Shown piece after piece: positions 1-7,279 of a DNA stretch of 64,000 nt. Under the pieces are notes generated by a model. The model saw nothing but the letters and a program-made list of their open reading frames with translations, was not told the origin of the DNA and did no database searches. This DNA is from a virus (lineage: Duplodnaviria; Caudoviricetes), in the IMG/VR virus record IMGVR_UViG_3300037422_000298; one strand, given 5' to 3'. The position numbers and the translations under genes were made by a program. Each line of letters begins with the position of its first letter. Within the stretch, counting starts at the first letter, position 1.

Positions 1-37
1 GTTCACGTCCGATATCGCAACCGCGTGGCGCGACGAC

Positions 38-763
38 ATGCGCAAGCGCAAGATCCGGCCAGAGAGCGTGAACGTTGCACTCAACGCGCTTCGCTACGCG
101 GCACAACGTGCAGGCTACACGTTCGTCGAGAATGTCGAGCGACTTCAAGTTCGACGCCGCACGCAATCACGGAGCAAGGACCAGGCGCTCGACTGGAAGG
201 ACGGTCGCAAGCTCGTGGCCGCCTGCGACGGTCCGAAGGGACGTGATCTTCGTGATCGTGCCATCGTCACGCTCGGGCTGCGAACAGGCATGTTGCGCTT
301 CTCGATGTGCCAGCTCGACTTCAAGGACATCACCAAAGGCTCGCTGACCTTCACCAAGAAGGGCGGCGAACAGCACACGATCGCACTCGACGACGTTACC
401 AACGAAGCGCTGCGTGCGTGGATGCGCTGGCTGGCTGCACGCGACGTCAAGGACGGCTTCGTGTTCCGTTCGCTTGGACGACAGCGCGTCAGCCCGAGGG
501 ACGATGTCGCCATCGGCGATCAGCTGACACCAGACGGTCTGTACCGCGCTCTTCGCGAACGCGCACGCAAAGCCCAACTCGATGACCTACACCCGCACGT
601 GTTTCGGAAGACGTTCCTGGCGTGGGTCAAGAAGGTGGGCGCGAAGCCACTCCAAATCGAAGCGGTCACTGGGCACAAGTCAGATGGCGTCGGCGGCGAA
701 GGCGACATCGCGACACCTCCTGCGAACATGCTGCTGCCGTCGTGGGAAGACCGTCTCAAGTGA
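38..763 (+). CDS. Tyrosine-recombinase-family protein, probably catalytically inactive; frame is open to the window start, so possibly 5'-truncated
   Basis: RDRAIVTLGLRTGM, TKKGG, HPHVFRKTF and TGH motifs of the XerC/D fold; no Tyr after GH. Confidence 0.85.
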   Translation: MRKRKIRPESVNVALNALRYAAQRAGYTFVENVERLQVRRRTQSRSKDQALDWKDGRKLVAACDGPKGRDLRDRAIVTLGLRTGMLRFSMCQLDFKDITKGSLTFTKKGGEQHTIALDDVTNEALRAWMRWLAARDVKDGFVFRSLGRQRVSPRDDVAIGDQLTPDGLYRALRERARKAQLDDLHPHVFRKTFLAWVKKVGAKPLQIEAVTGHKSDGVGGEGDIATPPANMLLPSWEDRLK

Positions 764-1014
764 CGGACGATCCCGTCGAACACGCGCGTCAGCGTGCGCG
801 TGAGCGCGTGCGCCAGGAGGACGAGAAACTGGCCGGGCTCGAAGCCGAGATCGCACGGCTCGCGACAACGTTGCCAGGTCCCGTTCTGCTCGCGCTCGTG
901 CGCGTGCTCGTCGAGATGGTCTGCTCGGCACAGGGTCCCACCTTTCGCGTGCACAACAAGATCAAGTTCTACGAAGGCGTCTTGGGGACGTTGCGACAAA
1001 ACGGCGTCGTATGA
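760..1014 (+). CDS. Hypothetical protein
   Basis: GTG start overlaps the upstream TGA; stop overlaps the next ATG. Confidence 0.6.
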   Translation: MTDDPVEHARQRARERVRQEDEKLAGLEAEIARLATTLPGPVLLALVRVLVEMVCSAQGPTFRVHNKIKFYEGVLGTLRQNGVV

Positions 1015-1347
1015 AGCTCCGCAAGCCCTGTGAAAATTGCCCCGTACTGGCATCCAGAACACTTCGAGCAGATCTGGCGCAACTGGCAAGACGACGGCAC
1101 GCACCTCATGCTCTGTCACAAGGCGAACAACATGCCGGAAGGTACGCCGAACCGCGAGAAGCCGATCTGCCAAGGCTGGATTCGTGTGATGGGGTTTGAG
1201 TCGATCGGCGTTCGCATTGCCGCCATGCACGGTGAGATCTCCGTCGAGGAAGTCGAAGACACGACCTCCATCGAGCTGTTCCCGACATTCGAGGCGATGC
1301 TACGCGCGAACAAGATCAAGCTGCCCAGGCGGAACAAGTTCGTATGA
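1011..1347 (+). pseudogene. Zn-binding CxxCP...CH...CxG phage protein (DUF6283-like), split by a frameshift near 1040
   Basis: ATG 1011 gives MKLRKPCENCP; the rest (PYWHPEHF...LCHK...ICQG) is in the 1030 frame. Confidence 0.5.
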
Positions 1348-1664
1348 AGAAGCGTCCCGCCGAGTTCTACATGTATGGCGTGATCTCCAACGAGAGTGCG
1401 TACGTCGGGCGGTGTGTCGAGTTTCCAGAGCTGCGCTACGTCGCGGCATCGCCGAGTGAAGCACTCAGCGGTGTCACGCAACTTGTCGAGAACGAGTTGC
1501 GCATGACGTGCGATCCCCCGGAGCCGTTGTCGCGCAAAAAGTTCAGCGGCAAGATCGCAGTTCGTGTTACGCCGGACCTGCATCGCAGGCTCGTACTTCA
1601 AGCGGCCGAACGTGGCGTCTCGTTGAACAGCCTGATCAATTCGAAGTTGTCGTGGAGTCTGTGA
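1344..1664 (+). CDS. hicB: HicB-family antitoxin with C-terminal RHH; no hicA adjacent
   Basis: YVGRCVEFPEL...SPSEAL...PEPLSRKKFSGKIAVRVTPDLHRRLVLQAAERGVSLNSLI. Confidence 0.85.
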   Translation: MKKRPAEFYMYGVISNESAYVGRCVEFPELRYVAASPSEALSGVTQLVENELRMTCDPPEPLSRKKFSGKIAVRVTPDLHRRLVLQAAERGVSLNSLINSKLSWSL

Positions 1665-1666
1665 AT

Positions 1667-2464
1667 ATGGGTGCGCATCTGATCGACGGAGAATTTCAAA
1701 GCGACAAGTACCCGACGTGCCCGCGCGGCAAGGTCCCGCTCAGCGTCAAGGACAAGACGGCTCAGGATTTGTTGTGGGAGTACGCCCAGCGTCGGCGCGT
1801 CGTCGATGCTGAATTCTCCGACGATCTCGAAACGGCGCTTTGCAATGTGGGTTTTCGTCCACCGACGGTGATTGGACCAATGAAGGCCTATCGCGTGTGG
1901 GTTACGATGCCGGATGGTGTAGAAACGACGGGGTCGGCGCCGTACGAACGACGTGAACGAGCAGACACGCATTGCACCGAGCAGCGAGAACGGCGCGACG
2001 CTCGATGGAAGCACGAAGTTCGTGAAGAGGTACTTCCTCGCGACGATGCGCGGCTGGGACGGGTCTCCTCCATCATCCTTGGCGATGATGAACATTGGAC
2101 CGAGGTGAGACTGAACGAAAAGCGGCCGACGAACGAAAGCGTGCTCGCCATCGCCATTCGGGACGTGCTCAAGGCGTGGGACAGCGGCGAGATGAACAAG
2201 GCCGAGTTCGAGCACAAGATGCGTGAGGTGATCTACCACTTCACGCGGACGTATCATCCGCTTGACAAGGACACCGAGGCGCTCGTGTTCGTGGCGAAGC
2301 TCGCCTACCAGTTCAAACTCCGACACGCGGGCTTTTTCATCGGCGGCACGAAGATCCAGCCGTTCTGGGACGCGATCGACGACTTGCCGAGCGGTTTGAC
2401 GAACGAAGCACACCGCGAGATGGAAGCCGAGATCGCAACATGGAAAGCGGATCGGCCGCGATGA
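1667..2464 (+). CDS. Hypothetical phage protein
   Basis: ORF fits operon packing; start MGAHL at 1667. Confidence 0.6.
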   Translation: MGAHLIDGEFQSDKYPTCPRGKVPLSVKDKTAQDLLWEYAQRRRVVDAEFSDDLETALCNVGFRPPTVIGPMKAYRVWVTMPDGVETTGSAPYERRERADTHCTEQRERRDARWKHEVREEVLPRDDARLGRVSSIILGDDEHWTEVRLNEKRPTNESVLAIAIRDVLKAWDSGEMNKAEFEHKMREVIYHFTRTYHPLDKDTEALVFVAKLAYQFKLRHAGFFIGGTKIQPFWDAIDDLPSGLTNEAHREMEAEIATWKADRPR

Positions 2465-4658
2465 AAACTAAACCTCGCAAGCGCGTCACGTGCTTTTCCT
2501 GTAGCCGTCGGCGAATCAAGTACGCTGACGGCCTGTGTGAGACCTGTCATCGTGTTGCCGTCAACGTCGGCCGCCGTCTTGCGATCATCTTCGATGGCGC
2601 GCGATGGCACGTTCGGTCGATTCGGCTGATCGAACACGATCTGGATCTCGATGAGAAGATCTATCGATGCGACAAGCCGATCAGCAACGATCACCGCTCG
2701 ATCGAAGACGCAGTCGCTTCAGCAAAGAGGTACCAACGTGTCGCGTGACTTCAAGCCGATCGATCCCAACAGCGCCCCATCGACACGCAACGCTCGAACG
2801 AAAGATCCAGGAGAAGCGTGAACCGCTACATCATGAAGCCGCCGATGCGCCTCGACGCGCACGGCCACTCGCTCGAACGCTTCATCGAACGCTGGTGGCC
2901 GTGGACACCCACAGAGCTGCGCCTACGTAGCCCGAACAAGAAGGCTGCAGCGCTGCAGCCGCGACTCGCGGAGCTGAAGATGGCGGTCGCTTCGCGTGCG
3001 TACCACGTCGAGAACATCCCTGACGAAGATCAGAGCATCTGGGCATGGACGGTCTGTGCCGGGCCCAACCAAGGCCGCACGGCGTTGATGGTCGTGTCGC
3101 AAGACGGCACAGTGCGAACCGTGTTGCCGCCAGAAGCGAAACGTCCCGCGAACCGTCGGAGGTCGTCGTGATAAAGAAGGTCTACGAGATCGTTACCTTC
3201 GAAGATGCCGGGTACTGGATGCTGCTCGAAGACGGCATCGGGATGGCCAAGAGCAAGTCACGGAACGCGCTCAAGCGCATCCGTGATGCACTGCAAACGG
3301 CGCAAGAGACCGGCCTGATCGGTTTGACCGTCGAGATCGAGGGCGTGAAACGCGGCATCGTGCAAGCGATCAGCGACCGCGCTGACTTGATCGTTCGGCG
3401 TACGGGCGTCCTGCAGACTGACAATCTCGAAGTCTGGCCAGTGCATGCATGTCGTCTCGTCGAGCCCGACAAGATCGACACGCCGACGCCGTGGAACGAT
3501 CCAGCAATTGGCGTCATTCCGGCTATCAAGTTGCTCGAACGTGTATTGGCGTGCGGCATCGATACGATGGGGCACGAACTTGAAACCGTCGCCGACGACA
3601 TCAAGAAGTTTCTCAAGGCACGAGAGGACGCACAGCCTACGCCATGAAGACCAACCAAGATCAAGAACATGTCGACGAAGAGGCGCCCACGCGCACGGTG
3701 CCGTGTAGCATCCATCCGCTGCATCGCGTGAAAGTTCGCACCGACGGCTCGCGTTCGGGCTGCGTGATGTGCGAAGACGCAATCGCTGACCTGACTCGAA
3801 AGGACGGACGATGACCACTGACTACCGTCGAGCAATGACTGCACTCGCGCTTGAACTACCACAAGAAGTTCATCGGCACATCGCAGATCTGTTCGAGCCA
3901 CTGATCGCCGAACACGAGACGAAAGCGATGTCTGTTCTGCAGCCGTGGGTCATGAAGCTCCCGCTTCGCGCGCAGGGCACACTCCTCACTGGCTTTCGTG
4001 GTTGCGATCTCGCACCGAAGAATCCTGTCACGATCGACGAGAGAAACGGCTGCTCGACGGGCGAAGACACCGTCCCGCGTCAGCTCGTCGCGTACTTGCG
4101 TTTCCTGACGCTCGTAGCTGCGGATCCGCGCGAGATCGACGTCCCCGGCGCGTGGTTTCAATCCAAGCCACCGGAGAAGTGGAAGCCGTCGCAGCTCTCG
4201 CACTATCCACTGCACTGGTACGGCCACCTCATGCACTGCTTCGAGGTCGTTGCCTACCTGCGGCCGATCGACGACGAGCACACCGATCGCGCGATTGGTA
4301 TCTACACGCGGCTCGTGCGCGCGCTGCATCTGAACCCTGAGACGAAGGCGCAGATGCTCGAACGCCTGACCGAAGACCGCATCGCGAAGGGCGACGTCGT
4401 CTCGTGAAGGACGAGAAGAAGGCTGCGCTCGAAGCGAATGGCTGGAAGGTCGGCGACGCTGCGCAGTTCTTGGAGATGTCCGAGGCCGAGAAGCAAGCGA
4501 GCCGTCTCATCCACAAGTACGGCCGCGACGGTGCGCTCAAGGCCGTCAAGCAGAACGTCAAGAAGGCCGTCAGCGAGGCCCAGGAAGAATTCTGGGAAGC
4601 CGTTGGCGACCTGATCGAAGAGACCTGCGAACGCCCCGAACAGGAGAACGTCTCGTGA
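2461..4658 (+). CDS. Run of small hypothetical genes (2461-2748, 2818-3171, 3168-3647, 3644-3814, 3811-4407, 4404-4658)
   Basis: Overlapping stop/start junctions (ATGA/GTGA); consistent codon usage. Confidence 0.55.
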
Positions 4659-5353
4659 CCAAGCTCATTCTCGCGCTCGACGTCCCGAGCTACGACGACG
4701 CGATGCAATTCGTCGAGTCGATCGAAGGCAATGTACACCTCGACTGGGTCAAGGTCGGCCTGGAGCTGTTCATCTCCGACGGTCAGCGCGTGATGGATGC
4801 AATGTCGAAAGCCGGGTTCAACATCATGCTCGATCTGAAGCTGCACGACATCCCGGAGACCGTCGCTCGCGCGACGGCGCGCGCAGCAGACCTTGGTGCA
4901 GACATGCTGACGATTCATGCCGCGGGCGGCCCGGCGATGATCGCAGCGGCGAAGAAAGCTGCGGGTGACACCAAGATCCTCGCGGTGACGGTTCTGACGT
5001 CGCTCGATGAAGACGACCTGGTCAAGATCGGTCACAGCCCGACGCCGCACAAGACGCTCGTACGCGACCTGGTTCTCCGGCGACTCCGACTGGCCGAAGA
5101 CAACGGTGCCGACGGCGTCGTCTGCTCGCCGCTCGAAGTTCAGACCCTCAAGATGAACGTGATCCGCGGGATGTTGTTCGTGACGCCTGGGATCCGTCCA
5201 TCGGGCGGCGACACGGGCGATCAGAAGCGCGTCGCCACGCCAACGGGTGCCCGCGAAGCGGGCGCGAGCTTCATCGTTGTCGGGCGGCCGATTCGTGACG
5301 CGAAAGACCGGGTCGCGGCCGTAAAGGGCATCCTGGCGGAGCTGACCACGTGA
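4655..5353 (+). CDS. pyrF: Orotidine-5'-phosphate decarboxylase
   Basis: LILALD, KVGLELF, catalytic DLKLHDIPETV, VTPGIRP, DQKRVATP, IVVGRPI. Confidence 0.97.
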   Translation: MTKLILALDVPSYDDAMQFVESIEGNVHLDWVKVGLELFISDGQRVMDAMSKAGFNIMLDLKLHDIPETVARATARAADLGADMLTIHAAGGPAMIAAAKKAAGDTKILAVTVLTSLDEDDLVKIGHSPTPHKTLVRDLVLRRLRLAEDNGADGVVCSPLEVQTLKMNVIRGMLFVTPGIRPSGGDTGDQKRVATPTGAREAGASFIVVGRPIRDAKDRVAAVKGILAELTT

Positions 5354-6245
5354 TGACGCTCAGGAAGCTCCTCGACCAGATCGTCGACGACGGCATCAAG
5401 GCCTGTAGCGAGTCGTACAAGGACGACGCGAAGAAGCGCGAGGGCGCGATTGCAGGCTTCGAGGCATGCCGCAACAAGTCCGTGTTCGAGCTGCGACAGA
5501 TACTAGGTGTGGCGAGCAACGCTGCAGACGTGGCACGCGCCGTCGACCGCGAGAACTACTGGTACCTGCGCTGCTTCCACGCCGAGGTCGAGTGGGTCTG
5601 CAACGTCGTATCGGCGTGCCTGCAGAATCAAGGGCTCGATCCCATCGTCACGCCGATGCGCGGCTACTTGAAGGCTGCCGAGATCGTCGGCGTCGACGGC
5701 GACACGACACTCAAAGAGTTCATCGAACGTCGACAAAACTGATGACAAGCGAACGCCACAACACGATCTGGTCGCTCGAAGTTGCCGAGCGGCGCTTTTT
5801 GCGCGCGCACGGTTGGACGCTCGAACCGAACCGCGGTTGGATCCCGCCTGCGAACTTTCCATTCAAGCGTCGAGGTGCGTACTCACGCGGTCACGCCGTG
5901 AATGCGCAGAAGCAGCTTCTGTATAACCCGATGTTTGGCGGCGATCGCCTGGAGCAGCTGTAGGGGAGAACGATGACGTTTCAAGTACGACGCAACACGG
6001 CCGACGGAATCCTCGACGAAGTCGCTCTCGGTGGCGCGATCAAGATGGAGACGCTGCAGGAGTTGCTCAAGCTACTCGGCGAGAAGACGGATTACTTGTT
6101 CCACATCGCCGTCGAGATTCACACGCCGATGATGCTCAAGACGATCGACAACGAAGGCGACGCGCTCGACACGATCAGTCGGCTGCGCGCCGCTCCTGCG
6201 AAGAGCATCAAGCCTGCACCGAAGAAGTCGTCGCGAAAGAAGTGA
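5350..6245 (+). CDS. Three hypothetical genes (5350-5742, 5742-5963, 5973-6245)
   Basis: Coupled ORFs; GGGGAG RBS before 5973. Confidence 0.6.
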
Positions 6246-6265
6246 TCTCTCTTGCGACAACGCTC

Positions 6266-6295
6266 TTGACAAGTCGATCGTGAATCGTCTACGAC
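6266..6295 (+). promoter_or_regulatory. Possible sigma70-type promoter for the RAMP-like gene
   Basis: TTGACA (6266) then 18 nt then TACGAC, in an intergenic gap. Confidence 0.35.
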
Positions 6296-6356
6296 CATAC
6301 TTTCCGCGATGTCACTAGGGGCATCGAGAACAACGAGCAGGGAGAACGAAGAGCAC

Positions 6357-7166
6357 ATGCGTACGCAGCAACAGCATCAGAGCAACGGAAACGGACACGT
6401 CCCCACGCGCGGTGACGTCATGAAGCGCGGGCGCGCAGCACTCGTCGACACCGACGAAGACGCGCCGCCCAAGCGGCGCGGGCGCCCGCCGAAGATGACG
6501 CCGTCGCCGGAAGTGATCGAGCTGCCCGCGGCGAAGGGCAGGAAGGGCAAGGCTGCCAAGGGTGCCGACAAGGGCGAGCTGTCGATCCCGGAGCTGGAGA
6601 CGGCCGAGATCACGTTCACGGTTCGCGGCCTCACGTCGCTGATCGTCCACCGCTTCGGCGAGAAGTCGCGCAAGCAGATGGAAGACAACCAGCAGGGCGT
6701 CGCGCGTCACAAGAAGGCGCCCAAGGTTCCCGAAGACGAATTCCGCAGCTCGCTCTACGTGATCGACGCGAAGAAGGGCATCTACGGCTTTCCGGCGTCG
6801 GGCTTCAAGAAGGCGATGGTCTCGGCGTGTCGCTACGCCGAAGGCGTCACGATGACGAGGATGCTCGGCGCGTTCCACATCATCGGCGATCTGCTGCCGA
6901 TCAAGGGTCCGCCGCCCAAGATGCGCACCGACGTCGTGCGCGTCGGCAAGTTCGGTTCGAAGACCTCGGACATCCGCTACCGCGGCGAGTTCACGGACTG
7001 GAGCGTCGACGTCAAGATCCTCTACAACGCCAGGGTTGTGAACAAGCAGGTGCTCGCTCACCTACTCCACCTCGCAGGCTTCTCCGTCGGCATCGGCGAG
7101 TGGCGTCCCGAGAAGTCGGGACAGTTCGGCATGTTCGAGCTGGCGAACAAGTCGGTCGGTAACTAG
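6357..7166 (+). CDS. Solo RAMP/Cas7-like protein (Vipr-like effector of the adjacent repeat array)
   Basis: TVRGLTSLIVH first strand, YGFPASGFKKAMVSA helix, RYRGEFTDW, C-terminal G-rich loop AGFSVGIGEWRPEKSGQFGMF; disordered basic N-terminus; GGAG RBS before ATG 6357. Confidence 0.8.
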   Translation: MRTQQQHQSNGNGHVPTRGDVMKRGRAALVDTDEDAPPKRRGRPPKMTPSPEVIELPAAKGRKGKAAKGADKGELSIPELETAEITFTVRGLTSLIVHRFGEKSRKQMEDNQQGVARHKKAPKVPEDEFRSSLYVIDAKKGIYGFPASGFKKAMVSACRYAEGVTMTRMLGAFHIIGDLLPIKGPPPKMRTDVVRVGKFGSKTSDIRYRGEFTDWSVDVKILYNARVVNKQVLAHLLHLAGFSVGIGEWRPEKSGQFGMFELANKSVGN

Positions 7167-7182
7167 TACTTCGTCGACGAGA

Positions 7183-7214
7183 AACGCCGTGATCGCAGCA
7201 GCGATCACGGCGTT
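7183..7214 (+). terminator. Perfect 14-bp hairpin between the RAMP gene and the array (terminator or processing site); contains the GATCGC-N4-GCGATC motif
   Basis: AACGCCGTGATCGC-AGCA-GCGATCACGGCGTT followed by a pyrimidine-rich tract. Confidence 0.6.
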
Positions 7215-7279
7215 CGTGTTCGTTCTCTGAAAACCGTTGTTCCATCGTCGCGCAAGCAAGCGCGACGACGTCATGGTGA

